Translations under genes and position numbers: made by a program
Shown here: positions 9,217 to 19,945 of the stretch, in pieces
How positions within the stretch are numbered: the first letter of the stretch is position 1
Layout: each line of letters begins with the position of its first letter
Origin: Roseomonas sp.
GTDB lineage: Bacteria > Pseudomonadota > Alphaproteobacteria > Acetobacterales > Acetobacteraceae
Length of the DNA: 64,000 bases
Assembly (NCBI GenBank): GCA_028288745.1
Contig: JAQGHX010000108.1
Span: forward strand, 9,564 to 73,563
Direction of reading: 5' to 3'
Notes under the pieces: generated by a model
Seen by the model: only the letters and a program-made list of their open reading frames with translations
What the model was told of the DNA's origin: nothing
Database searches by the model: none

Positions 9217-12200
9217 TCAGGCTGTCGTGGCGGGCACGCGCGCGGCGGCGTAGTCGCGGGCAGCGCCCTGCGCCGAGACCAGGCCGTTCCGCACATCCTG
9301 TGCCAGGGCGCCGGCATCGCGCTCCGCCGGGTCGCCGTAGCCGGAACCGCCGGCCAGGACGATTTCCACGATCTGCGCCGGGCTGTCGATCTGCACCAGC
9401 ATCCCGGTGCCGCAGTCAAGCGTCTCATTGCCCGCTTCGTCCAGCACGCGGCCATGGGCCCCGCCGCCCGCCTTGCCACCGAACAGGCCAGCGATCGGAT
9501 TGCCGACGCCTTCCGGATAGACCGTGATGAGCGTGCTCAGCCCATCGTCATGCAGCTTGCGCACCTTCACCCGCTGGCCCAGCCCGCCACGATGGCGGCC
9601 GGCGCCGCCGGAATCGGTGATGTAGGTCTTCTCGATCACCAGAACCGGCACGCGGGCCTCGAACAGCTCGATCGAGGTATTGGCGGCCGAGGTCGGCCAG
9701 AGCAGGCCGGACTTGCCATCCCCCCGCGCCGAGGCGCCCTGGCCGCCGCCGATGAACAGCATGTCCGAATAAGTGCGCCCCTGCGCGTCCTGCCCGTACA
9801 TGTAGGCCGCCATGGGCAGGCCGGTATTCGCCTGCACCTGCTTCGGCGCCGCGTCCGCCAGCGCGCGGAAGATGTTCGGCGCCAGGTACCAGCCCGTGCG
9901 CGTGCGCATATTGACCGAGGCCGGGCGCTTCGGATTCAGGATGGACCCTTCCGGCGCCTTCACGCTGAAGGGGCGGTAGCAGCCCGCATTGCCGCGCACG
10001 CCTGGCGTCAGCATGCATTTCAGCGGGTAGGTGGCGTGGGCGGCGGTGTAGTTCAGCGTGGAGTTCAGCCCGCCCTGCGGCAGTTGCGGCGGCGCGCCGG
10101 CGAAATCCAGCTCGATCTCGTCGCCTGCCACCGTCAGCTTCAGCGGGTAGTCCAGCCGCTTGCCCAGCGGGTTGTTCCAGATGGTGGAGTTGTATTCGCC
10201 ATCCGGCAGCGCGGCGATGGCGTCGCGCATTGCCTTTTCCGAACGTCCCTGCACGACGGCCGCCAGCGCGCGCAGGTCGCGCATGCCGTAATCGCCCATG
10301 AAGGACAGCAGCCGCTCGGCACCCAGCGCATTGGCGGCGACGAAGGAATGCAGGTCGCCCAGCACCTGCTCCGGGTTGCGCACGTTCTCGGCCAGCAGGC
10401 GGAACAGGCTTTCATTGGGCTTACCGGCTTCCACCAGCTTCATCGGCGGGATCTGGAAGCCTTCCTCGAAAATCTCGCGCGCCCGCAGGGAATCCTTGGT
10501 GCCGCCGATATCGGAGACATGGCCCACCGTGCCCATGATGCCGACGACCTTGCCATCCAGGAAGACGGGTGTGACGACCGCGATGTCGAACAGGTGGCCG
10601 GCGCAGAGCCAGGGGTCGTTGGTGATCAGCACGTCGCCGGGGGCAAGGGTCTCGGCCGGGTAGCGTTCCAGCAGCGCCTTCACCGCCAGCGGCAGCGTCA
10701 GGTTGAAGACCGGCATGGCGCGCGGCGAATGCGCCAGGGTCTCGCCCTCCGGGTCCAGCAGCTCAGTGGCGAAGTCCTGGCTTTCCGAGATGACGAGGGA
10801 GAAGGCGGTGCGGCAGATGGTCAGCCACATTTCCTCCACCACCGTGATCAGGCGGGACCACATGATCTCCAGCGCGATCGGGTCGGCCTCGATGCGGGCG
10901 ATGGCCTGGTCCAGCGGCATGTCGGCGGTGATGCCGTCCGCCGCCCGCACCGTGGCGGCGATGGCGATGCGCAGGTTCAGGCTGGCATCCACCTCCACGC
11001 TGTCGCCGGGGGCGATGATGGTGGTGGATTCCCGCTCCTCGATGATCGCGGGGCCGGCCAGCCTGTCGCCGGTGGCCAGCGCGTAGCGGTCATAGACCGT
11101 GGCGTCGAACCAGCCGCCCTCGAACCAGGCACGGCGGGTGCCCTTCACGGCGGAACCCGCTTCGGAGCCGCCCGTGGCGCCGGTCAGCGAAAGCCGCGGC
11201 ACCGGGCCGACCACGCGCAGGCGGAAGTTGATCGCCTCGATCCGGGCGCCCTCGTAGACCGAGGTGTAGCGCTTGGCATAGATCGCGACGAAGGCGCTGT
11301 GGATGGCCTCCAGGCTGTTCTGGCCGATGACGCCGCCCGGCAGCGCCACGCTGATATCGTGCATCTGCCCGACCAGCCGCATGTCGGCGCTGCGCTCCAC
11401 CCGGATATCGGCGGGCTTCACGCCGGCGGAGAGCAGGTGCTTGCGGCCTTCCGCCTCCAACTCGTCCAGCACGGCATTGACACGCCCGGCATCGAAGCCC
11501 GGCGAGAATTCCACCGGCAGCGAGCGGACGGATTCGAAGGACAGCGGCGCCGCGAGGAAACCGAGCGCGGAGGCCGCGCCGGACGCCGGCGGGATGATGA
11601 CCTCCTTCACGCCCAGCACGCGCGCCACGTCGGCGGCATGGGCGGGGCCAGCGCCGCCGAAGCCAACCATAGCGTAGCGGCGGGGGTCCTTGCCCTTCTC
11701 CACCAGATGCACGCGGGCAGCGGCGGCCATGCTTTCCGTCACAACCTTATGGATGCCCCAGGCTGCTTCCTGGATGGACAGGCCCAGCGGCCTGGCGACG
11801 CTTTCCATCGCGGCCTCGCAGGCCGGCATGTCCAGCGTCATGCGGCCGCCGAGGAAGAAGGCGGGGTCGTAGTAGCCGAGGATCAGGTTGGCATCCGTCA
11901 CGGTCGGCCTGGTGCCGCCCATGCCGTAGCAGGCCGGGCCGGGGTCGGAACCGGCGGAATGCGGGCCCACCTTCAGCAGCCCCACCTCGTCGATGGCGGC
12001 GATGGAACCGCCACCCGCCCCGATCTCGATCATGTCGATGACCGGCGCCTTGATCGGCAGGCCGGAACCCTTGCTGAAGCGGTGCACGCGGCCCGCTTCC
12101 AGCATGGGCGCGATCTCGACCCGCCCGTCCTCGACCATGCAGGCCTTGGCGGTGGTGCCGCCCATGTCGAAGGAAATCACATCCTTTTTGCCCGCCAGGT

Positions 12201-13056
12201 CGCCGAACAGCGCGGTGGCCAGGGCGCCACCGGCGGGGCCGGATTCCAGCAGGCGGATCGGGAAGGCGCGCGCCGTCTCGGGCGAGACCAGCCCGCCGGC
12301 GGAATGCATCAGCCGCAGCGCGCCGGTGAAGCCGCGCGCCCCCAGCTCGCGCTCCAGCCGCTTCAGGTAGCGGTCCATCAACGGCTGCACATAGGCATTG
12401 GCGCAGGTCGTGACGGCGCGCTGGTATTCCCACAGTTCCGCGACGACCTCGGCGGAGAGCGACACCGCCAGTTCCGGGAACTCGGCGCGGGCGATGCGGC
12501 CGATGGCCTGCTCATGCGCCGGGTTGCGGTATGCGTTGATCAGGCAGACGCCCACAGCCTCGGCGCCTGCGTCCAGCAACTGGCGCAGGGCAGCGCGCAC
12601 CGCGTCCTCGTCGAGTGCGACGATGGCGTTGCCGTCACGGTCCATCCGTTCCGGCACTTCCAGCCGCAGGTCGCGCGAGACCAGGGGCGCCGGGAAGCCG
12701 AGGAACAGGTCATAGATGTCGTAGCGTTGCTCGGTGCCCATCTCCAGGATATCGCGGAAACCCTGGGTGGTGATCAGGCCGATCCTGGCGCCCTTGCGCT
12801 CGATCACCGCATTGGTGACCAGCGTCGTGCCATGGATGATCTCGCCGACATCGGCCAGGCGGATGCCACGCATCTCCACCAGCTCCTCCAGCCCGAGCAG
12901 GGCGGCGGCGGAGGGGTCGTGCGGTGTGGTCAGGCGCTTGTGCAGCCGCACGCTGCCCTCCACGCCGTCATAGAGAATGAAATCGGTGAAGGTGCCGCCG
13001 ATATCGAAACCGATCCGCCAGCGGGAAGCAGCCGGGAGGGGAGAAGACGGGGTCAT
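9217..13056 (-). CDS. Hydantoinase/5-oxoprolinase family protein, fused A and B subunits
   Basis: DIGGTFTD, HGTTLVTNA, ESGPAGG, DMGGT, FGGAGP, then HyuB-like NDPW, GHVSDIGG, GGSGYGDP. Confidence 0.9.
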   Translation of the reverse strand: MTPSSPLPAASRWRIGFDIGGTFTDFILYDGVEGSVRLHKRLTTPHDPSAAALLGLEELVEMRGIRLADVGEIIHGTTLVTNAVIERKGARIGLITTQGFRDILEMGTEQRYDIYDLFLGFPAPLVSRDLRLEVPERMDRDGNAIVALDEDAVRAALRQLLDAGAEAVGVCLINAYRNPAHEQAIGRIARAEFPELAVSLSAEVVAELWEYQRAVTTCANAYVQPLMDRYLKRLERELGARGFTGALRLMHSAGGLVSPETARAFPIRLLESGPAGGALATALFGDLAGKKDVISFDMGGTTAKACMVEDGRVEIAPMLEAGRVHRFSKGSGLPIKAPVIDMIEIGAGGGSIAAIDEVGLLKVGPHSAGSDPGPACYGMGGTRPTVTDANLILGYYDPAFFLGGRMTLDMPACEAAMESVARPLGLSIQEAAWGIHKVVTESMAAAARVHLVEKGKDPRRYAMVGFGGAGPAHAADVARVLGVKEVIIPPASGAASALGFLAAPLSFESVRSLPVEFSPGFDAGRVNAVLDELEAEGRKHLLSAGVKPADIRVERSADMRLVGQMHDISVALPGGVIGQNSLEAIHSAFVAIYAKRYTSVYEGARIEAINFRLRVVGPVPRLSLTGATGGSEAGSAVKGTRRAWFEGGWFDATVYDRYALATGDRLAGPAIIEERESTTIIAPGDSVEVDASLNLRIAIAATVRAADGITADMPLDQAIARIEADPIALEIMWSRLITVVEEMWLTICRTAFSLVISESQDFATELLDPEGETLAHSPRAMPVFNLTLPLAVKALLERYPAETLAPGDVLITNDPWLCAGHLFDIAVVTPVFLDGKVVGIMGTVGHVSDIGGTKDSLRAREIFEEGFQIPPMKLVEAGKPNESLFRLLAENVRNPEQVLGDLHSFVAANALGAERLLSFMGDYGMRDLRALAAVVQGRSEKAMRDAIAALPDGEYNSTIWNNPLGKRLDYPLKLTVAGDEIELDFAGAPPQLPQGGLNSTLNYTAAHATYPLKCMLTPGVRGNAGCYRPFSVKAPEGSILNPKRPASVNMRTRTGWYLAPNIFRALADAAPKQVQANTGLPMAAYMYGQDAQGRTYSDMLFIGGGQGASARGDGKSGLLWPTSAANTSIELFEARVPVLVIEKTYITDSGGAGRHRGGLGQRVKVRKLHDDGLSTLITVYPEGVGNPIAGLFGGKAGGGAHGRVLDEAGNETLDCGTGMLVQIDSPAQIVEIVLAGGSGYGDPAERDAGALAQDVRNGLVSAQGAARDYAAARVPATTA

Positions 13057-13069
13057 GCGAAAAGATCCT

Positions 13070-13837
13070 TCAGGCGGCTTTACGGGCAGCGTGCCAGGGG
13101 TCGCCCACCAGGGTGGCGATCTCCAGGGCTTCCGCCTGCAAGGCATTGAGCATGGCCTGCCGCTCCGTGATGGAGACGGTGGCCACGGGGTAGACAAGGT
13201 TGAGGCTGACTTCCTCGCCGGTCCCGGCTTCGCCCACGGCGACGGCGATGCCGCCGACGCCGGGGTTGGCTTCCTCCAGCGAGGTGGCAAAGCCCTGCCG
13301 CCGCACCTCGGCCAGCATGGCGATCAGGGCGGCGATATCGGGCGGCGAATGCGGGCTGGCCGGGCGCAGCGGCTCGGGGTGCAGGGCGCGCACCTCGGCA
13401 TCGGTGCGGCGGGCGAGCAGGGAGCGGCCGGTGGAACTGGCGAAGGCGGCCAGCCGGCGGCCGATGGGCGTGCCGACACGCAGCGTGCTGCTGCCCTCGT
13501 GATGCGCGACGCCCACCACATCCGCCCCGTCCAGCACCGAGACGTAGCCGGTATGGCCGAACCGGCGGGACAGCCGCCCGACGGCTTCATCCGCGCGGGC
13601 CAGCAGGGTGGAGGCGCGGCGGTAGGTCTGCCCCAGCTCGAACAGCAGGATGCCGGGCCGGTAGCGGCGCGTGCCGGGGGCGAGTTCCAGGAAACCCGCG
13701 TCGCGCATCGCCCGCAGCAGGCGCGAGGTGCTGCTCTTGGGCGCCCCCAGGAGCGAGACCGTGTCGGTCAGGGTCAGTTCCAGCCGCTGGGGCGTGAAGC
13801 AGCGCAACACATCGGCGGCGTTGGTCAGGATTGACAT
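13070..13837 (-). CDS. IclR family transcriptional regulator
   Basis: N-terminal HTH (LGAPKSSTSRLL), SSTGRSLLA, VRRQGFA, GVGGIAVAV. Confidence 0.88.
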   Translation of the reverse strand: MSILTNAADVLRCFTPQRLELTLTDTVSLLGAPKSSTSRLLRAMRDAGFLELAPGTRRYRPGILLFELGQTYRRASTLLARADEAVGRLSRRFGHTGYVSVLDGADVVGVAHHEGSSTLRVGTPIGRRLAAFASSTGRSLLARRTDAEVRALHPEPLRPASPHSPPDIAALIAMLAEVRRQGFATSLEEANPGVGGIAVAVGEAGTGEEVSLNLVYPVATVSITERQAMLNALQAEALEIATLVGDPWHAARKAA

Positions 13838-13842
13838 GGCAG

Positions 13843-13878
13843 TCCCGAAAAATGGAACCGGAGTTCCGAATTCAGCAA
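13843..13878. promoter_or_regulatory. Putative tandem IclR operator boxes
   Basis: TCCCGAAAAATGGAA (13843-13857) and TTCCGAATTCAGCAA (13864-13878) resemble TTCC-N7-GGAA dyads; GGAAC-N4-GTTCC palindrome between them; immediately upstream of the iclR start. Confidence 0.4.
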
Positions 13879-14170
13879 ACGATGCCTGTTGGATGGCCGG
13901 CTTACAAGTAGCCCGTCCCGCCTAAAGCGGCCGGAGCGGTGGCTGCTGCCTGTCCGGGCGGCAACCGCCGGCCGTTCTGCCTGCTTCGGTGGCGAAACCC
14001 GAAAATGCTGGAACCGGCCTGGCGATCCGCGCAGTATTCCAGCCGTGGCCGACCCGGCTTCTGGCGTGGTGGTCTGTCCTCCGTCCTGGCGACGCCGGCG
14101 CTTTCCCCGGGCCTTCCGCGATCATCGCGGCCCCACCGCCTCCGCGGGTCGGGCCGAAGGGAGGAACGAC

Positions 14171-14983
14171 ATGGCTCCACTACCTTCACCCTATGACAGC
14201 CTGCCGCTTGGGCCAGCCGTGGACGACCTGCCGGCCATCCGCCGCATCGGCACCGCGGCGCTCTGGCGGGCCCTGCGGCTCGGCTGGGAGGATTTCAGCG
14301 CGAACCCGACGCAACTGGTCTTCCTGGCCATCATCTATCCCGTCATCGGCGTGGTGGCCGCGGCGGCGGCGGCCGGGCGGGACATGATGCCGCTGATCTG
14401 GCCGCTGCTCTCCGGCTTCGCGCTGGTGGGGCCGGTGGCGGCACTTGGCATCTACGAACTCAGCCGGCGGCGGGAGCAGGGGCTGCCCGTGACCTGGGTG
14501 CATGCGTTCGGCGTGCTGCGCTCGCCCTCCATCTCCTCCATCCTGGCGCTGGGCGTGCTGTTGCTGGCCATTTTCGTGGTCTGGCTGTTCACGGCGCAGG
14601 CCATCTACGACACCACCTTCGCGGGCGTGGCCCCAGCCTCGGGCCCCGATTTCGTCCGGCAGGTGCTGGGCACCGAGGCCGGCTGGCGGCTGATGTTGCT
14701 GGGCAATGGCGTCGGGCTGCTCTTCGCCATCGTGGTCCTGGCGCTCACGGTCATATCCTTCCCGCTGCTGCTGGACAGGCCGGTCGGGGCGGGCGTGGCG
14801 ATGCGCACCTCGCTGCGGGCCGTGGTGCTGAACCCGGGCCCGATGGCGCTCTGGGGCCTGATGGTGGCCGTGATCCTGGCCATCGCCAGCATCCCGCTTT
14901 TCGTCGGCCTCGCCGTGGCGGTGCCGGTGCTGGGCCATGCGACCTGGCACCTCTACCGCGCCGTGGTGCCGCGCCAGGGCTAG
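14171..14983 (+). CDS. DUF2189 family integral membrane protein
   Basis: SD GGAGGA; ALRLGWEDF, GFALVGPVAALGIYELSRRRE, PVLGHATWHLYR. Confidence 0.8.
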   Translation: MAPLPSPYDSLPLGPAVDDLPAIRRIGTAALWRALRLGWEDFSANPTQLVFLAIIYPVIGVVAAAAAAGRDMMPLIWPLLSGFALVGPVAALGIYELSRRREQGLPVTWVHAFGVLRSPSISSILALGVLLLAIFVVWLFTAQAIYDTTFAGVAPASGPDFVRQVLGTEAGWRLMLLGNGVGLLFAIVVLALTVISFPLLLDRPVGAGVAMRTSLRAVVLNPGPMALWGLMVAVILAIASIPLFVGLAVAVPVLGHATWHLYRAVVPRQG

Positions 14984-15136
14984 CGGCAGCCTCTCCGCGC
15001 CGGGTCTGCGCCGCCCGGCGCCCCCGGCCCGGAATATAGGCCCGCGCCGGATATGGCTGCGAGGGAGTCCAGCGGCTTGTCGCGCCAGGAAGGGGGGGGT
15101 AGGGTCCGCCCGTCTTTACGTTCCGGATCGCCCTGA

Positions 15137-16342
<1,206 letters not shown>

Positions 16343-16343
16343 G

Positions 16344-16784
16344 GTGAGCGGTCCCGTCTTCCGCTTCCGCCCCGCGGCGGAGGCGGATTTCGAGGCTGTG
16401 CTCGACCTCTCCATCCGGACCCTGCGGCCCCACCTGGAACGAGTGGGGCGGTGGGACCCGGAGCGTCGGCGCGCCCGGGCGCGCGCCGCCTTCGGCCAGG
16501 GCGGCTTCCGCGTCATCATGCAGGATGGCGCCATGGCGGGCTGCGTCGGCGTCCAGCGCCATGCCGGCCATGTCGAGATCAACGGTTTTTTCATCGAGCC
16601 CGCCTTGCAGAATCAGGGGCTGGGCGCCGCCGTGCTGGCCAGCCTGCTGGCCGAGGCCGGCGGCCTGCCCGTGCACCTGGAGGTCCTGAAGCACAGCCCC
16701 GCCGCGCGCTTCTACGAGCGCGCCGGCTTTGTGCGGATGGCGGAGCAGGCTTATGACTGGCTCTACATTTTGCCCGCTGCCTGA
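16344..16784 (+). CDS. GNAT family N-acetyltransferase
   Basis: FIEPALQNQGLGAAVL acetyl-CoA motif, LEVLKHSPAARFYERAGF. Confidence 0.8.
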   Translation: MSGPVFRFRPAAEADFEAVLDLSIRTLRPHLERVGRWDPERRRARARAAFGQGGFRVIMQDGAMAGCVGVQRHAGHVEINGFFIEPALQNQGLGAAVLASLLAEAGGLPVHLEVLKHSPAARFYERAGFVRMAEQAYDWLYILPAA

Positions 16785-16803
16785 CCGGAGACGCGACCCC
16801 CCC

Positions 16804-18006
16804 ATGCCCGCCCTTGCCGAACGCCTGTCCGAAGTCTCCGTCTCGCCCATCGTGGCGATGAGTACCCGCGCCCGCGCCCTGAAGGCCGAGGGCCACCAGG
16901 TGATCAGCCTGGCGGTGGGCGAGCCCGATTTCCCGACGCCGCCGCATGCGGTGGAGGCGGCCCACCAGGCGGCGCTGCGCGGCGATACCAAGTACCCGGC
17001 CCAGGATGGCAGCCCGGCGCTGAAGAAGGCCATCCAGGCCAAGTTCAGGCGCGACAACAACCTGGACTACGCGCTGGACGAGATCTGCGTCTGCAACGGC
17101 GGCAAGCAGGTGCTGATGAACGCCCTGTTCGCCACCATCAGCCCGGGCGACGAGGTGCTGATCCCGACGCCCTACTGGGCCAGCTATGGCGAGATGGTGA
17201 AGCTCGCCAGCGGCAAGCCGGTCTTCGTTACTTGCCCGCAGAATAACGGCTTCAAGCTGCGCCCGGAGGATCTGGACGCCGCCATCACGCCGAAGACCAA
17301 GATGCTGATGCTGAACTTCCCGAACAACCCGACAGGCGCCGCCTGCACGCGGGAGGAAATGCAGGCACTGGCCGAGGTGATGCTGAAGCACCCGCATGTC
17401 TGGATCCTGACGGATGACATGTACGAGCACCTGGTCTTCGACAATTTCGAATTCTGCACCATCGCCGAGGTCGAGCCGCGCCTGAAGGGCCGCGTCATCA
17501 CCGTCAACGGCGTCTCCAAGACATATGCCATGACGGGCTGGCGGCTGGGCTTCGCCGGCGGGCCGAAGGCGCTGATCAAGGCCATGGTGAACATGCAGGG
17601 GCAGATCACCAGCGGCGTCAGCACCATCAGCCAGGCCGCCGCCATCGCCGCGCTGGAAGGCCCGCAGGACATGGTGGCCGAGCGCGCCGGAATCTACCGC
17701 CAGCGCCGCGACCTGGTGGTGGAGATGCTGAACCAGGCCCCCGGCATCACCTGCGCCCGGCCGGAAGGCGCCTTCTACGTCTACCCCAACCTCGCCGGTT
17801 GCCTGGGCAAGACCAGCCCCGGTGGTCGCAGGATAGACACCGACGCCGATTTCGCGATGGCGCTGCTGGAGGAGAAGCTGGTCGCCACCGTGCAGGGCAG
17901 TGCCTATGGCATGAGCCCCTACCTGCGGATTTCCTACGCCACCGACACGGACAGCCTGCGCGAGGCGTGCACGCGCATCCAGGATTTCTGCAGGGCGCTG
18001 TCGTGA
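16804..18006 (+). CDS. PLP-dependent aspartate aminotransferase (class I), copy 2
   Basis: GEPDFPTP, NGGKQVLMNA, NFPNNPTG, DDMYE, NGVSKTYAMTGWRLG, LRISYA. Confidence 0.9.
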   Translation: MPALAERLSEVSVSPIVAMSTRARALKAEGHQVISLAVGEPDFPTPPHAVEAAHQAALRGDTKYPAQDGSPALKKAIQAKFRRDNNLDYALDEICVCNGGKQVLMNALFATISPGDEVLIPTPYWASYGEMVKLASGKPVFVTCPQNNGFKLRPEDLDAAITPKTKMLMLNFPNNPTGAACTREEMQALAEVMLKHPHVWILTDDMYEHLVFDNFEFCTIAEVEPRLKGRVITVNGVSKTYAMTGWRLGFAGGPKALIKAMVNMQGQITSGVSTISQAAAIAALEGPQDMVAERAGIYRQRRDLVVEMLNQAPGITCARPEGAFYVYPNLAGCLGKTSPGGRRIDTDADFAMALLEEKLVATVQGSAYGMSPYLRISYATDTDSLREACTRIQDFCRALS

Positions 18007-18998
18007 CCGCCACGATCCGGCCCGGCCTCGACAGCGACGAGGCTTCCTATATTCGCCTGATCGGTGATGCGTGGAGCGAGTTTCCCAATTGCATTCTGGA
18101 CGTGGATGGCGAAGTGCCGGAACTGCGCGCGCTGGGCACGTATTTCGCCAGGACCGGCGGCGCGGTCTGGGTGGCGGAGGAAGCGGGCAGGGTGGTCGGC
18201 ATGGTCGCCACCCGCCCGCTGGGCTCCGACCGCGCCTGGGAAATCTGCAAGATGTATGTGGAGAAGGCCCAGCGCGGCACCGGCCTGGCCCATACCCTGC
18301 TGGGTGGCGCCGAGGCCCATGCCATGCGCGCGGGCGCCGAGCGGCTGGTGCTCTGGACCGATACCCGCTTCGATGCCGCGCACCGCTTCTACGAGAAGCT
18401 CGGCTTCGTGCGGGCCGGCTCCATCCGCATCCTCGACGATATTTCGAAGTCGCTTGAGTTCCGCTACGCCAAGCCCGTGGTGGGCGTGGTGGTCGAGGCG
18501 CTGGATGCCGCCGCGGCCGCGAGCGCCGAGCGCCGCCTGGCGGCCATCCTGGTGGCCTGCGTCGATGCGGGGGCCAGCGTATCCTACCTGCCGCCGCTGG
18601 CCGTCGAGACGGCGCGGACCTTCTGGCGCAGGGTCTCGGGCGACGTCGCCATGGGCAACCGCCTGCTGCTGGTGGCCTGGGTGGACGGGCGCATGGCCGG
18701 CACGGTGCAGATCGACCTCGCCACCCCTGGCAACCAGCGGCACCGCGCGGAACTGGGGAAGCTGCTGGTGCACCCGGATTTCCGCCGTGCCGGCACCGGG
18801 CGCGCCCTGATGCAGCGGGCGGAACAGGCGGCGCGTGGCATGGGCCGCACCCTGCTGACGCTCGACACCCGCGCCGGCGATGATGGCGAGGCGCTCTACC
18901 GCAGCCTGGGCTGGCAGGAGGGCGGGCGCATCCCCGGATACGCCACCGATTCCAAGGGCGCGCTGCACGACACGTTGTTCTTCTACAAGCCGCTTTAG
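18003..18998 (+). CDS. Tandem two-domain GNAT N-acetyltransferase
   Basis: GTG overlapping upstream stop; two acetyl-CoA motifs (QRGTGLA...AHRFYEKLGF; LVHPDFRRAGTGRALM...LYRSLGW). Confidence 0.8.
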   Translation: MTATIRPGLDSDEASYIRLIGDAWSEFPNCILDVDGEVPELRALGTYFARTGGAVWVAEEAGRVVGMVATRPLGSDRAWEICKMYVEKAQRGTGLAHTLLGGAEAHAMRAGAERLVLWTDTRFDAAHRFYEKLGFVRAGSIRILDDISKSLEFRYAKPVVGVVVEALDAAAAASAERRLAAILVACVDAGASVSYLPPLAVETARTFWRRVSGDVAMGNRLLLVAWVDGRMAGTVQIDLATPGNQRHRAELGKLLVHPDFRRAGTGRALMQRAEQAARGMGRTLLTLDTRAGDDGEALYRSLGWQEGGRIPGYATDSKGALHDTLFFYKPL

Positions 18999-19004
18999 CC
19001 GGCC

Positions 19005-19259
19005 ATGGCAGGCGCGGAATGGTGCCGCATGATGGCGGCCTACAATACCGAGATGAACCGCCGCTTCTACGGCGCCGCGGCGCGCCTGCCGGATGAGTTG
19101 CGCCACGCGCCGGCGGGGGTGTTCTTCGGGTCTCTGCACGGCACGCTCTGTCATCTGCTCTGAGCCGATATCGCCTGGATGGCCCGGCTGGATGGCGGCG
19201 GGCCACCCCCGGTCGGCCTGGATGTCCGCGCCGCGGACCTGCCTTTCGTGCTGGTCTGA
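19005..19259 (+). pseudogene. DinB/YfiT family pseudogene (in-frame TGA plus apparent internal deletion)
   Basis: MAGAEWCRMMAAYNTEMNRRFY...GVFFGSLHGTLCHLL*ADIAWMARL...DLPFVLV*; TGA at 19161-19163 stands where the family has W (HLLWAD). Confidence 0.7.
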
Positions 19260-19265
19260 TCCGCG

Positions 19266-19290
19266 GCAACCTCCCGGAAGTGCGCCTGTT
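19266..19290 (+). promoter_or_regulatory. Putative EcfG (general stress sigma) promoter of the pfpI-like gene
   Basis: GCAAC-N16-TGTT about 30 nt upstream of the start; consensus GGAAC-N16/17-CGTT. Confidence 0.45.
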
Positions 19291-19321
19291 TTTTCCTTCT
19301 GTCCCACAGATGGAGAGCGAC

Positions 19322-19909
19322 ATGACGGATATCCGACAGGCCCGCATCCTGGTCCTGGCCACCGATGGCTTCGAGCAGTCCGAGCTTCTTGTGCCGGTGG
19401 AACAGCTACGGGCGAAAGGCGCCACCGTGCATGTGGCGGCGCCGGAGAAAACCCGTGAGCCCGGCCATATCACCGCCTGGAACGGCGAGGCGCAGCCCGA
19501 GGACTGGGGCGAGAAGGTGAAGGTCGACCGTAAGCTGGCCGAGGCCAAGGCTGAGGATTACGACGCCATCGTGCTGCCCGGCGGCCAGATCAACCCGGAC
19601 AAGCTGCGGCTGGAACCCCAGGCCATTGCCTTGATCCAGAGCTTCGCCGCATCCGGCAAGGTGGTCGCCGCCATCTGCCACGCGCCCTGGTTGCTGGTGG
19701 AGGCGGGCCTCGCGAAAGGTCGCCGCATGACCTCCTTCGCCTCGATCAAGACCGACGTGGAGAATGCCGGCGCGACCTGGCTGGATGAGCAGGTGGTGAC
19801 CGACCACGGCATCGTCACCAGCCGCTCGCCCAAGGATCTCGACGCCTTCGTGGCCAAGATCGTGGAAGAGGTGGGCGAGGGCAGCCACGGCGACCGCCGG
19901 GCCGCCTGA
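19322..19909 (+). CDS. PfpI/DJ-1 family type 1 glutamine amidotransferase-like protein
   Basis: ATDGFEQSEL, LPGGQINPDKLR, AAICHAPW, TSRSPKDL. Confidence 0.9.
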   Translation: MTDIRQARILVLATDGFEQSELLVPVEQLRAKGATVHVAAPEKTREPGHITAWNGEAQPEDWGEKVKVDRKLAEAKAEDYDAIVLPGGQINPDKLRLEPQAIALIQSFAASGKVVAAICHAPWLLVEAGLAKGRRMTSFASIKTDVENAGATWLDEQVVTDHGIVTSRSPKDLDAFVAKIVEEVGEGSHGDRRAA

Positions 19910-19945
19910 GGCCCTGCCATCGCGAGATCTGTCAGGCTTTCCCGG

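Noticed and set aside
8968-13149. Very long antisense or alternate-frame ORFs (e.g. 8968-13149, 34157-37471, 16591-19548, 52715-55318, 27339-29564)
   Set aside because: Shadow ORFs expected from GC-rich codon bias opposite well-supported genes; no recognisable domains.
14010-14036. EcfG promoter upstream of DUF2189
   Set aside because: GGAAC is present but there is no GTT at the right spacing.
19161-19163. TGA as selenocysteine or programmed readthrough in the DinB ORF
   Set aside because: It aligns to Trp rather than Cys, no convincing SECIS follows, and the gene is also internally deleted.
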